From NCBI GenBank assembly GCA_037444405.1, contig JBBIML010000013.1, positions 32,001 to 96,000 on the forward strand: a DNA stretch of 64,000 bases. The letters are read 5' to 3'. The stretch's first letter is position 1. The number at the start of each line of letters is the position of its first letter. This DNA is from Armatimonadota bacterium (lineage in GTDB: Bacteria > Armatimonadota > Fimbriimonadia > Fimbriimonadales > GBS-DC). Shown here in pieces: positions 1 to 9,545 of this stretch. A program made the translations under genes and the position numbers. The notes beneath the pieces are model-generated. The model made no database searches. It was not told the DNA's origin and worked only from the letters and a program-made list of their open reading frames with translations.

Positions 1-2
1 CC

Positions 3-905
3 AACGGCAAAACAATGCTCATCGACGGCGGTCCGCCCGAATCGGGGGTCCGGCTTGTGCAAAAACTACGCCAGCTGAGAGTGGCGCGCATCCACTGGCT
101 GGTTGCCAGCCATCCACACAGCGATCACATCGGTGGATTCATTCGGGTGCTGCGCGAGTTCACCATCGACGAGGTGTGGGATTCGGGCTTCGTGTACGAC
201 TCGCCCGTCTATCTCGATTATCTGCGGGCGGTCAGGCGCAGTCGGGCGAAGTTCCGCGCAGTGGCGGCAGGTTATCGGATGGAACCAGCGCCCAATTGCC
301 AGATTGAGGTGTTCGCGCCAAGCAAGCCGTTCCTGCGCGGCACCAACTCCGACGCCAATAACGCCAGCATCGTGATGCGCCTGCGTTGCGGCAAAGTGCG
401 CGTGCTGTTCACGGGCGACATCGAGCGGGAGGGACGGGCGCGAATCTATCGGCAGGGCGCCGATCTGCGAGCGGAGGTGCTGAAGGTCGCCCATCACGGC
501 TCCCACAACGGCACCGACATGGCGTTCCTGAGTCGCGTGCGCCCGCGTATTGCGATTATCTCCTGTGGCGTGCGCAACCTGTACGGTCATCCGCACAAAG
601 AGGCGTTGCAGGCGTTGCAGCGCATCGGCGCCACCATCTATCGCACCGATTGGCATGGCGACATCACTGTGCGCGTGCAGGGTGAGCGCCTGCAGGTGTT
701 CACCGCACGCAAGTCGCCCGCAGTGCCCGCGCCACCCGCCTCAGCATCCCCAACCACGGGCTTTATCGGCAACCGAATCAGCAAAGTGTATCACGCACCT
801 GACTGCAAGGGTCTACCCAAGCCCGAAAACCGCGTCCACTTCCGCACCCGCGCAGAAGCTGAACAGGCAGGCTACCGCCCCCACCACGCCTGCTTGGGTG
901 AATAG
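3..905 (+). CDS. ComEC/Rec2-type MBL-fold metallo-hydrolase with C-terminal Ada-like Zn-binding domain (5' partial)
   Basis: LIDGG, SHPHSDHIGG, N-N-S-I-V, LFTGD, LKVAHHGS, YGHPH motifs; tail GNRISKVYH..DC...FRTRAEAEQAGYRP; frame open to window edge. Confidence 0.85.
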   Translation, partial: NGKTMLIDGGPPESGVRLVQKLRQLRVARIHWLVASHPHSDHIGGFIRVLREFTIDEVWDSGFVYDSPVYLDYLRAVRRSRAKFRAVAAGYRMEPAPNCQIEVFAPSKPFLRGTNSDANNASIVMRLRCGKVRVLFTGDIEREGRARIYRQGADLRAEVLKVAHHGSHNGTDMAFLSRVRPRIAIISCGVRNLYGHPHKEALQALQRIGATIYRTDWHGDITVRVQGERLQVFTARKSPAVPAPPASASPTTGFIGNRISKVYHAPDCKGLPKPENRVHFRTRAEAEQAGYRPHHACLGE

Positions 906-920
906 GTATACTTCCTGTGT

Positions 921-1922
921 ATGTCCGCAATCGTGGTGGAGCATCTGTCGAAGACCTATGTGACCTACAAGCGTCCGCCCGGGCTGCTCGGCGCTGTCAA
1001 AAGCCTGTTCCGGCGCGAGCGCCAGTATGTGGAGGCGGTACGCGACATCTCCTTCACGATTGAAGAGGGTGAGCTGGTCGGCTTTCTGGGACCCAACGGC
1101 GCGGGCAAGACCACCACGCTGAAGATGCTGTCGGGCATTATCTTCCCGACATCCGGCACCGCGCGCGTGCTGGGCTATGTGCCCTGGGAGCGACGCCCCG
1201 AAATGCAACGCCAGATCGCGCTCGTGATGGGACAGAAGATGCAGCTCTGGTGGGACCTGCCTGCCTACGAATCGTATCTCCTGCTCAAAGCGCTCTATGA
1301 AGTACCTGACGACGAGTTCGAACGGCGCGTGAATGAGCTGGCGGAGATGCTCGAAATCCGCCATGTGCTGAATGTGCAGGTGCGGCGCCTGTCGCTGGGC
1401 GAGCGCATGAAATGCGAGCTGCTGGCGGCGCTGCTCCATCGCCCGCGCGTGCTGTTTCTGGACGAGCCCACGATTGGGCTGGATGTGGTCTCGCAGAAGC
1501 GCATTCGTGAGTTCCTGAAAGAGTATAACCAGCGCGAACGCACCACCATTCTGCTTACCAGCCACTACATGCAGGATGTGCAGGAGCTGGCTCAGCGTGT
1601 GCTGATTATTCATCACGGGCGACTGATTTTCGATGACACGCTCCGCGCGCTGGTGGAGCAATATAGCCCCAGCAAGGCGTTGCGCCTGCAGTTCGAACAG
1701 CCCATCGAGCCGATGGCGCTGACGCGCTTCGGGCGGGTGGTACGCCATGACGGACTGGAAGCGGTGCTGGAGGTGCCGCGCGAGCAGGTTAGTCGCGTCG
1801 CCGCGCAAATCCTTCAGCAACTGCCCGTTCACGACATCACCATCGAAGAGGTGGAGGTGGACGAGATTGTTCGCGACATCTTCGCGGGCAAACGCGCCGA
1901 CCTCGAAGCCGAACGGGTATAA
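921..1922 (+). CDS. ABC-2 type transporter ATP-binding protein
   Basis: Walker A GPNGAGKTT, signature LSLGERMK, Walker B LFLDEPT. Confidence 0.92.
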   Translation: MSAIVVEHLSKTYVTYKRPPGLLGAVKSLFRRERQYVEAVRDISFTIEEGELVGFLGPNGAGKTTTLKMLSGIIFPTSGTARVLGYVPWERRPEMQRQIALVMGQKMQLWWDLPAYESYLLLKALYEVPDDEFERRVNELAEMLEIRHVLNVQVRRLSLGERMKCELLAALLHRPRVLFLDEPTIGLDVVSQKRIREFLKEYNQRERTTILLTSHYMQDVQELAQRVLIIHHGRLIFDDTLRALVEQYSPSKALRLQFEQPIEPMALTRFGRVVRHDGLEAVLEVPREQVSRVAAQILQQLPVHDITIEEVEVDEIVRDIFAGKRADLEAERV

Positions 1923-1932
1923 TTAATCCGCT

Positions 1933-2021
1933 GCCGGAGTGGCGGAACTGGTAGACGCGCCGGTCTCAAAAACCGGTCCGGGGGGACCCGGGTGTGGGTT
2001 CGATTCCCACCTCCGGCACCA
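1933..2021 (+). tRNA. tRNA-Leu (anticodon CAA)
   Basis: Acceptor GCCGGAG/CTCCGGC, D-loop TGGTAGAC, anticodon arm CCGGT-CTCAAAA-ACCGG, long variable arm, GGTTCGATTCC, encoded CCA; TATAAT at 1918-1923. Confidence 0.97.
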
Positions 2022-2035
2022 GCAGCGCCGCGCAT

Positions 2036-3313
2036 TCAAACCTGTCGAACCTCTTTGACGAGAAGCAGACCGAGCGCGAAGGCGGCACAGATGCCGGCGC
2101 CGATCAGCACGGCGGTCGGCGCGCCCAGCATCTGCGCCAGCTTGCCAATCATCAATGCGGCGAACGGTGCAGGACCGTTAATCGCCCAGGTGTGCAGGGA
2201 AACCACGCGTCCACGCAGGTGATCAGGTGCAGCCGTCTGCAACGCCGTGTTGGTCGACACCAGCTGCATCACGCCGAACATGCCCGCCAGCATCAGCATC
2301 AGCTTGGCAATCAGCGGGTGACTCAGTTGCGAGAATCCAATCACGCTCCATGCGAAGCCGTTGGCGGCAATCAGCACCAGCACGCCGCGCGGGATTTCGC
2401 CCGAAAGCCGCGCCACCATCAGCAGCCCGATCAGCGAGCCGATGCCAGCGAAGGTGTAGAGCTGACCCAGACCCGCCTTGCCGATTTTCAGTATCTCCGC
2501 GGCGAACACGGGCAGCAGCACCAGATAGGACAGCCCGAACAGACTCAGCACGATCACATTTAGCCACAGCACGAATAGCCCGCGCCGCGCCACCACAAAC
2601 TGCACGCCCTCCCGCAGCGAGTGGAGCAGCCCGCCCCGCGACTCGCCATCATCCACCGACTGCACCCGAATGGTCAGCAACGCCAGCAGGATCGCGCTGA
2701 AGCTGATAGCGTTAACCAGAAAACATGGCGCTGCGCCGACCCGCTCCAGCAGAAGACCCCCCAGCGCAGGTCCCAGAATGCGCGCGGTATGGAACGCGGC
2801 GGCGTTCAGCGCGATGCCGTTCGCCAGATCGCGCTTGTCCACCAGATGCGCCACCAGCGACTGGCGCGTCGGCAAATCGATCGATAACACCAGCCCGTTC
2901 AGCAGCACCAGCCCCAGAATGTGTTCGTATCGGATCAGCCCTGTGTAGGTGAGGATCGCGAGCGTGAGCGCGCTCAATGCGAAGGTGCTTTGCGTGAGGA
3001 GCAGAATGGTGCGGCGGTTCCAGCGGTCGGAGATGGCGCCGCCCAGCGGCGCGAACAACAGCATCGGCAAGCCCTGCACAAAACCCACCACGCCCAGCAA
3101 GAACTCCGAGCGCGTCAGCTCATACACCAGCCAGCTCTGGGCGACATTTTGAACCCATGAGCCGATGAACGACAGGAACGCGCCCATCCAGTACCGCCGA
3201 AAGACGGGGTACCGCATCGCCTGAAAAGTTGAACCCAGCCAGCCAGTCGAGAGAAACAAGCCCCCTTGCGGAGGCTCCAGCGGCTCCGACTTACCCGACG
3301 GTCGAACCGACAC
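2036..3313 (-). CDS. MFS transporter (EntS/H+ antiporter-like)
   Basis: About 12 hydrophobic segments, GAISDRWNRR motif A; start uncertain (GTG 3313 chosen). Confidence 0.88.
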   Translation of the reverse strand: MSVRPSGKSEPLEPPQGGLFLSTGWLGSTFQAMRYPVFRRYWMGAFLSFIGSWVQNVAQSWLVYELTRSEFLLGVVGFVQGLPMLLFAPLGGAISDRWNRRTILLLTQSTFALSALTLAILTYTGLIRYEHILGLVLLNGLVLSIDLPTRQSLVAHLVDKRDLANGIALNAAAFHTARILGPALGGLLLERVGAAPCFLVNAISFSAILLALLTIRVQSVDDGESRGGLLHSLREGVQFVVARRGLFVLWLNVIVLSLFGLSYLVLLPVFAAEILKIGKAGLGQLYTFAGIGSLIGLLMVARLSGEIPRGVLVLIAANGFAWSVIGFSQLSHPLIAKLMLMLAGMFGVMQLVSTNTALQTAAPDHLRGRVVSLHTWAINGPAPFAALMIGKLAQMLGAPTAVLIGAGICAAFALGLLLVKEVRQV

Positions 3314-3355
3314 TGCACCCCCATAATACCCCATCTTCAAGGTATACTTCCCGCC

Positions 3356-3973
3356 ATGCGAAGCGTCGCACTGTTGGGGCTTGGAGCGGTACTGGGCGGG
3401 CTGATGCTAATCGCGATTCACTCCCAGCAGAGCCAGCCATCGAGCAGCACATCCACCGCCGAAATCGATCAGCTGCTGCTCGCGCTGACCGACATCAACT
3501 GGTTCCACAATGTGCGCCCGCTGAACCTGACCGCCGAACAGGTGGACCGGCTCATCGCCGCGCACGAAAAGGCGTTCAAGCAGCTGGACGAACTGATCCA
3601 GCAGGAGGCAAAGGAGCTGCGCAACCGCAAGGACGAGATTCTGCGCGTGCGCGAGGACGCCTCACGCGGCAAAAGCGTGCCGAAAGAGTTTCTGGACGCT
3701 ATGCGCCAGCTGGAGACCAGCGCCGCCCAGCGCCGGCGCGACCTGCGCACCCGCGTCATCACCGAAATCAGCACCGAACTCAAACCGCGCTTCACCGAAG
3801 AGCAGATGGACTATATGGTCAAACGCAGCCGTGAGGTTCTGCAAGCCAGCAAAGTGGACACCGAGAAACTGGAGCGCGACCAGCTCTATATGTTCTTTAT
3901 AGAGCATGTTTTCCTGACGGAGCGCGCGCCAACCCTGCTCAAAGAGTGGAAGCAAAAGAATCTGACGCACTGA
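3356..3973 (+). CDS. Hypothetical exported helical protein
   Basis: N-terminal hydrophobic signal/anchor, charged helical body, typical codon usage; TATACT 7 nt upstream. Confidence 0.7.
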   Translation: MRSVALLGLGAVLGGLMLIAIHSQQSQPSSSTSTAEIDQLLLALTDINWFHNVRPLNLTAEQVDRLIAAHEKAFKQLDELIQQEAKELRNRKDEILRVREDASRGKSVPKEFLDAMRQLETSAAQRRRDLRTRVITEISTELKPRFTEEQMDYMVKRSREVLQASKVDTEKLERDQLYMFFIEHVFLTERAPTLLKEWKQKNLTH

Positions 3974-3990
3974 CAACCCCATCAGCCATC

Positions 3991-4026
3991 CTTAACCCCC
4001 TCTTAACCCCGCCCGCATGGTATACT
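3991..4026 (+). promoter_or_regulatory. Tandem TTAAC direct repeat (OmpR/PhoB-type box) plus -10 TATACT
   Basis: CTTAACCCC twice with 11-bp period (3991, 4002) over the -35 position; TATACT 4021-4026. Confidence 0.45.
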
Positions 4027-4057
4027 CTTCATAGGGGAACACCCCGAAAGGAGGCTG

Positions 4058-5182
4058 ATGACGATGATCCGAACAGGCACGGTTATTCTAACAGTGACGG
4101 TGCTGCTATGCGCCAGCTATGCCCAGCAGGTGCTGGGCAACGACAAGGGCAAGGTGCGCGCTGTTAACGCGCTGTCGGATATTAGCATGGCAGAGGACCC
4201 GCTCGAATGGAGCCGACGCGACTTTCAGGACGGCGCGAACGCCGAGATATTTGGCTTCTGGCCTGCCTACACCATTCAGAACAACTTCTTCGATCCTGAG
4301 TTTGGGCAGGGCGACGACACGGGCAGTGTAACCATCACCAGCGTCGATTCGCTGGTGAATGCAGGCTGGCCAGCGACCTTCACCATCCCGCGCTATCTGT
4401 TCCGCCAGGGCGGCGCGTACACCAACAATAGCGCAGCGGGCGACCACAACCCCATCGGACCCGTCTGGATCAAGTACGAGCTGGACGACAGCAATCCCAG
4501 CGGCTGGAATGTGCGCAAGATTCAGGTGTGGACCTGGGATGTGCGCGACATCATCCACAAGAGCAGCACCAGCAAAACCCGCTCCTTCTCCGATACCGCC
4601 TCGCCCTATCGCATCGATGTGTATGTCGCCAGTACCGATAGCGACCCGTCCGCCAGCCCCGAAAACAACCCTGAATGGACGCTGGTGGGCACGCTGAGCG
4701 TGGCAAACGGCACAATCCCGCTGGTGTGCCAGTGGGACCCGAACACGGGCAACACCTTCGGCGAGTGCCCGCAGGCGTTCATCGACTTCATCAGCGGCAA
4801 TAACTCGGCTGGCGTTGCGTTCTATAACGACCCGACCAACGACATCTGGTACGCCACGCTCACCGTTTCGGGTCTGAGTGGCATCCGCTATGTGGCGCTG
4901 GTCATCCCGCAGGGCAACCAGTACGGTCAGGACCCTGACCTGAACGCCAGCAGTCGCACCACCTCCAGCCTGCGCTACACCAACATCACCGATGTGCGCG
5001 TGTTCGCGGGCGTTGAGGGCGATGTGAACGGCGACGGCTGCGTGGACGATGCCGACCTGCTGGCGGTGCTGTTCGCCTTCGGGCAAACGGGCAGCGAGCT
5101 GCCTGAAGATGTGAACGGCGACGGCGTGGTGGACGACGCGGACCTGCTGATTGTGCTGTTCAACTTCGGACAGGGCTGCTAA
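4058..5182 (+). CDS. Secreted protein with C-terminal duplicated dockerin/EF-hand-like tail
   Basis: Signal peptide ending ASYA-Q; AAGGAGG RBS; tail DVNGDGCVDDADLLAVLFAFG / DVNGDGVVDDADLLIVLFNFG. Confidence 0.8.
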   Translation: MTMIRTGTVILTVTVLLCASYAQQVLGNDKGKVRAVNALSDISMAEDPLEWSRRDFQDGANAEIFGFWPAYTIQNNFFDPEFGQGDDTGSVTITSVDSLVNAGWPATFTIPRYLFRQGGAYTNNSAAGDHNPIGPVWIKYELDDSNPSGWNVRKIQVWTWDVRDIIHKSSTSKTRSFSDTASPYRIDVYVASTDSDPSASPENNPEWTLVGTLSVANGTIPLVCQWDPNTGNTFGECPQAFIDFISGNNSAGVAFYNDPTNDIWYATLTVSGLSGIRYVALVIPQGNQYGQDPDLNASSRTTSSLRYTNITDVRVFAGVEGDVNGDGCVDDADLLAVLFAFGQTGSELPEDVNGDGVVDDADLLIVLFNFGQGC

Positions 5183-5196
5183 ACAAATAGTGCGTT

Positions 5197-8100
5197 TCAC
5201 CCACCGCGTCGGCGGCGTTTGATTTCCAGCAGGCGGCTGGTGGTGTCGCCTTCAGCGGGTGTGGGCGCGGGGCTGACCTCGCCTCGTTGCGGCGCGGGTT
5301 GGGCGGGCGCGCGGGGTGGGGTCGCCGCGTCTTCGCCTGCCTGAATCGGGCGAGAGGCAATAACTGGCTCGCCATCGGCGGGGGTCGTGGATGCACCGCC
5401 AGCGGGGGTCGTCGCCGTGCGCACTCTGCCCTTCACATTCAGCAGGCGGGCAGTGGCGGCGGGAGCCTCCACCGGACGGCGTACCCAGCGTCGCCCGCGC
5501 AGCCAGCCCAGCGCCTGACGCAACAGCGCGACCGCCTCCCCAATCGGCAGCACCACACGACGCACCGTGATGTCCATTAACAACAGCACGACCGCCAGCC
5601 AGAGCAGCGCACGCCACAGATCGGACACCGATGCGCCCCGCCGCGCCACGGGACGGAACGCCTGCTCCGGCTGAGGGTTCAACCTGCCGCCCGTGATCTC
5701 GGCGATGCGCGTCAGCAGCGGAATATTCGCGCGGCTGAAGCGATATTCGGGCGGATAGGGCAGAGCATAGCCGCGCGTGGCAGTGCGCACCGTGCCATCG
5801 GGCTGTTTCTCAATAACCGTCAGCATATAGTCGCCCACATCGCGCAGGGGGAACCGCCCCATGTAGCGACCTGGCGCATCCTGCTGAAGGGTGATGGTCT
5901 GCCCCTCGCCGTTCGGAAAGCTGATGCGCAACTCTGGCTGAAGGAAGTTAATCGGTTCGCCTTCAGGTGTGAATGCCTGCATCTCCACAACCGCCTGCCC
6001 GCCCTCCTGTCGCACGGTGATCTGATAGTCCTGACGGCTGCCCTTACGCAGGATGGAGCGCACCACCTGCGTCCAGAAGGGCGCGAACTCGCTCCAGCCA
6101 ACCCACCGCTGCGCCCATTTCGGCTTGGCATCGGAGGTGAAGGCGAGCGAAGTGCCCAGCCCGTACTGCCACACGGCGAGCAACGGGTCGTTCTTGTGCG
6201 TGCGCATCAGCACGCGCGCCAGCGGGCGATCGGAGGTCAAATCGTACGCCAGCAGCGCGGGCGTGCTGTTCCAGTTGATGCCCTCCAGCATTTCGTCCGC
6301 GCCCGTGATTTTGGGGATAAACGCGCCCTCTTCGATGGCGGAGCGGGTCATCAGGCTCACATCGGCGGTGAAGAGGCGCGGCAGGTCGCGGGCGCGCGTG
6401 GTCAGGTAAAAGTTGCCCCCGCTCACCTGTGCCAGTTGCTGCAGGAAGCCGACATCTTTGCCCGCGCCCAACGCCACCACCGACATCGTGACGCCGTTCG
6501 CGCGCATGCGCTGGGCAATCTCGAAACAGCCCTCCTGTTCGTCGCAGTCGTCGCCATCTGCCAGCAGGATCACATGCTTGACGCGCGTGTTCTGGGGGAT
6601 AATCGCCTGCGCCGCGAACTCCAGCGACGGACGGCAGTAGATGCCGCCGCCGCCCGCGTAGATGCGCGAGACCTGCTCGATGGCGCGCTCCTTATTGCCA
6701 GCGGGCTGAATGGGCGCGAGCCAGTCGACGCCCGTGCCGCTCACAATCACGCCAAACTGGTCCATCGGGCGCAACATCTTGAGCGTCTGGATGGCGGCAT
6801 GCCCCGCCAGCTGCACCTTCGGAATGCCATCTTCTGGCACCGCCATACTGCCCGAAATATCGATAATGATGACGACGGTCGCGGCGGGGAAGACCCTGCG
6901 CTGGCGCACATTCAGATCGACGGGCAGAATCTCGGCGATGGGCGTTTCGTAGTAGCCGCCTGGCAGGAAGGAGTTCTCGCCGCCGATCATGGCGAACCCG
7001 ATGCCCGTGTCGCGCACCGCGCTCTGGATGGTCAGCATCTGCTGGGGCGAGAGCGCGACGGCGGGCAGATCGTGAAACAGGATCGCATCGTAGCCCTGCA
7101 GTTCATCGGCGCGGGCGGAGAAGCTGTTCGCGTCGGCGCGCACGACCTCCAGATTGTTCGCTCGCAGGGCGCGTTCGAGAGCGCGGGTGGGGTCCGGCGT
7201 GCCTTCAGCGAGCAAAACGCGCGGCTTGCCCCGAACCTGCACAAATGCGCGCCCCACATTGTTGCGCGGATCCTCGTCTGGCTGAACCTCTAAAGTGGCG
7301 CGATAGCGGTGGAAGCCCTCCTTCTCCGTGCGGATGGGCACCAGCACCACATTTTTGCCCGGCGTGAGCTGAACGGGCACACTCTTGACAGGTTGACCGT
7401 CCCGATCGATGTGGAGCGTGCCCGAGGCGGGCTTGCGGGCGTCGATCACCACGCGCAGATTGAACGGCTCGCCGATTTTGACCTCGCTGGGCGCCTGAAT
7501 CTCCTGCACCAGCGTCTCCGATTCGGGCGTTGCTGATGCCAGTTGAACCGTGTCGATTTCGATGTTTTCGGTGGCGGCGACGGCGGCGGCGTCCAGCGCG
7601 TTGCCCTCGGTCTCGTTGCCATCGGAAAGCAGCACGATTCGCCGATCCTTGCCGTCGGGAAAGAGCGCGCTTGCCAGTCGGATGGCGGCGGCGATGTTCG
7701 TGCCCTGTCGGTCGGGCGCCGACAGGATGGGCGGCAGCGTGCGGGTGCCCGCAGGCGCGAAGTCGATCAGCGCGTCGCGCCCGAACACAATCAGCGCCGC
7801 CTGATCCTCCTCGCTCATCGCTTTCAGCGCCTGTTGAACATAGTCGCGTGCCGCCTGCTTGCCCTTATCAGGGACGCTGTCGGAGGCGTCCAGCAGGAAG
7901 ATGGTGCAGATGCCCTGATTCTGGCGCACGGCTTGCAGTCCCGCCAGCGCCAGCACGATGCACAGCATCAGCAGCGAGCGCAGGATCAGCGCCAGCCGCC
8001 GACGGGCGCGACTGATACCGAGCATGCGCCGCCCGCTCCACCACACCCCCGCAATCAGCACGGGTAGCAACAGCAGGTAGCCCGGCTCCACGAACCGCAT
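5197..8100 (-). CDS. Membrane protein with BatA-like N-terminus, two VWA domains and a GATase1-like domain
   Basis: MIDAS motifs DASDS and DISGS, GTNIAAAI/LLSDG, IGGENSF..GGY; N- and C-terminal TM segments. Confidence 0.85.
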   Translation of the reverse strand: MRFVEPGYLLLLPVLIAGVWWSGRRMLGISRARRRLALILRSLLMLCIVLALAGLQAVRQNQGICTIFLLDASDSVPDKGKQAARDYVQQALKAMSEEDQAALIVFGRDALIDFAPAGTRTLPPILSAPDRQGTNIAAAIRLASALFPDGKDRRIVLLSDGNETEGNALDAAAVAATENIEIDTVQLASATPESETLVQEIQAPSEVKIGEPFNLRVVIDARKPASGTLHIDRDGQPVKSVPVQLTPGKNVVLVPIRTEKEGFHRYRATLEVQPDEDPRNNVGRAFVQVRGKPRVLLAEGTPDPTRALERALRANNLEVVRADANSFSARADELQGYDAILFHDLPAVALSPQQMLTIQSAVRDTGIGFAMIGGENSFLPGGYYETPIAEILPVDLNVRQRRVFPAATVVIIIDISGSMAVPEDGIPKVQLAGHAAIQTLKMLRPMDQFGVIVSGTGVDWLAPIQPAGNKERAIEQVSRIYAGGGGIYCRPSLEFAAQAIIPQNTRVKHVILLADGDDCDEQEGCFEIAQRMRANGVTMSVVALGAGKDVGFLQQLAQVSGGNFYLTTRARDLPRLFTADVSLMTRSAIEEGAFIPKITGADEMLEGINWNSTPALLAYDLTSDRPLARVLMRTHKNDPLLAVWQYGLGTSLAFTSDAKPKWAQRWVGWSEFAPFWTQVVRSILRKGSRQDYQITVRQEGGQAVVEMQAFTPEGEPINFLQPELRISFPNGEGQTITLQQDAPGRYMGRFPLRDVGDYMLTVIEKQPDGTVRTATRGYALPYPPEYRFSRANIPLLTRIAEITGGRLNPQPEQAFRPVARRGASVSDLWRALLWLAVVLLLMDITVRRVVLPIGEAVALLRQALGWLRGRRWVRRPVEAPAATARLLNVKGRVRTATTPAGGASTTPADGEPVIASRPIQAGEDAATPPRAPAQPAPQRGEVSPAPTPAEGDTTSRLLEIKRRRRGG

Positions 8101-8141
8101 CGCGCCACTATTGTACCTCTTAAGCGGGGTATACTGCCCGC

Positions 8142-9530
8142 GTGATGGCGAGCCGATTGACCTTTCTGGGCGCAGCGGGCACGGTAACGGGCAGTAAGTA
8201 CCTGCTGGAGGTAGATGGAGCGCGCTACCTCATCGACTGCGGGCTGTTTCAGGGCAGCAGCGACTGGAAAGAGCGCAACTGGGAGCCGTTCGCCATCGAG
8301 CCAGCCTCCATCGATGCCGTGCTGTTGACTCATGCCCATCTGGACCATTCGGGCTATCTGCCGCGCCTGGTTCAGCAGGGCTTCTCTGGAGCCATCTATG
8401 CGAGTGAGGCGACCTGCGCCCTGCTGGAGATTATGCTGATGGATTCGGCGCACCTGCAGGAGCAGGACGCGGACTACGCCAATCGCAAGGGCTACAGCCG
8501 CCACAAACCCGCTTTGCCGCTCTACACCGTGCAGGATACTGAGGCGACGCTCGCCCTGCTGAAGCCTGTCGAGTTCCACACCATGCTGGAGCTGGAGGGC
8601 ATCCGCGCCTTCTGGTTCCCGATGGGGCACATCCTCGGCTCCGGTGCCATCGAAATCCAGCTCACCCGGACAGGGCGACGGATTCTGTTTTCAGGCGACA
8701 TCGGGCGCTATGAAGACCCCATCATGCGCCCGCCAACCGAGCATCCCGGCGCCGACCTCGTGCTGATGGAATCGACCTACGGTGATCGGTTGCACGATTC
8801 GCGTCCGCCGGAGCAGGTTCTGCGGGAAGCGGTCGGGCATATCCTGCAGACGCGCGGGGTTTTGTTGATCCCCGCCTTCGCGGTGGGGCGTACCCAGCAG
8901 GTGCTGTATCACCTGCGCACGCTGCAGCAGGCGGGACAGATACCGCCGCTGCCCGTGTTCGTCGACAGCCCGATGGCGCAGGATGTGACGGCGCTCTACT
9001 GCCGCTTTCGGGAGGATCTCAATCTGGAGACCAGCCCCGGCGGCGATTGTGAGGGCAGCCTGCCCCTCTACTGCTATCATACGAACTTCGTGCAATCGGT
9101 CGCCCAGTCCAAATCGCTCAACATGCGCGAGGGTCCAATGATTATCGTGGCAGGCAGCGGCATGTGCACGGGCGGTCGCATTCTGCACCATCTCAAGTGG
9201 CGCCTGCCCGACGCCGCCAACGCCGTGCTGTTTGTGGGCTATCAGGCGGAGGGCACACGCGGACGCATGCTGCTGGACGGCGCAGAACAGGTCACCATCC
9301 ACGGCGAAACGGTACCGGTCAGGGCTCGAATCTTTGAAACAAGCGCGCTCTCCGCGCATGCGGACCAGCGGGATCTGTTGCGCTGGGCAGGGGCGATCCG
9401 GCAGCCGCCTGAAACGCTCTATCTGGTGCATGGCGAAGATCAGGCACGCCAGACCCTTCAGGCGCTTATCACGCAACGGTTCGGCTGGCAGGTGGCTTTG
9501 CCCGACTATCTGCAGGCGATTGGGCTGTAG
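8142..9530 (+). CDS. MBL-fold beta-CASP RNA-processing metallo-hydrolase
   Basis: GAAGTVTGS, THAHLDHSG, GHILGS, MESTYG, PAFAVGR, SAHAD, LVHGE. Confidence 0.92.
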   Translation: MMASRLTFLGAAGTVTGSKYLLEVDGARYLIDCGLFQGSSDWKERNWEPFAIEPASIDAVLLTHAHLDHSGYLPRLVQQGFSGAIYASEATCALLEIMLMDSAHLQEQDADYANRKGYSRHKPALPLYTVQDTEATLALLKPVEFHTMLELEGIRAFWFPMGHILGSGAIEIQLTRTGRRILFSGDIGRYEDPIMRPPTEHPGADLVLMESTYGDRLHDSRPPEQVLREAVGHILQTRGVLLIPAFAVGRTQQVLYHLRTLQQAGQIPPLPVFVDSPMAQDVTALYCRFREDLNLETSPGGDCEGSLPLYCYHTNFVQSVAQSKSLNMREGPMIIVAGSGMCTGGRILHHLKWRLPDAANAVLFVGYQAEGTRGRMLLDGAEQVTIHGETVPVRARIFETSALSAHADQRDLLRWAGAIRQPPETLYLVHGEDQARQTLQALITQRFGWQVALPDYLQAIGL

Positions 9531-9545
9531 GAGAAGAGGGTTGGC

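Noticed and set aside
1933..2040. tRNA-Leu as an integration site
   Set aside because: No integrase or duplicated tRNA 3' end seen; neighbours have host-like composition
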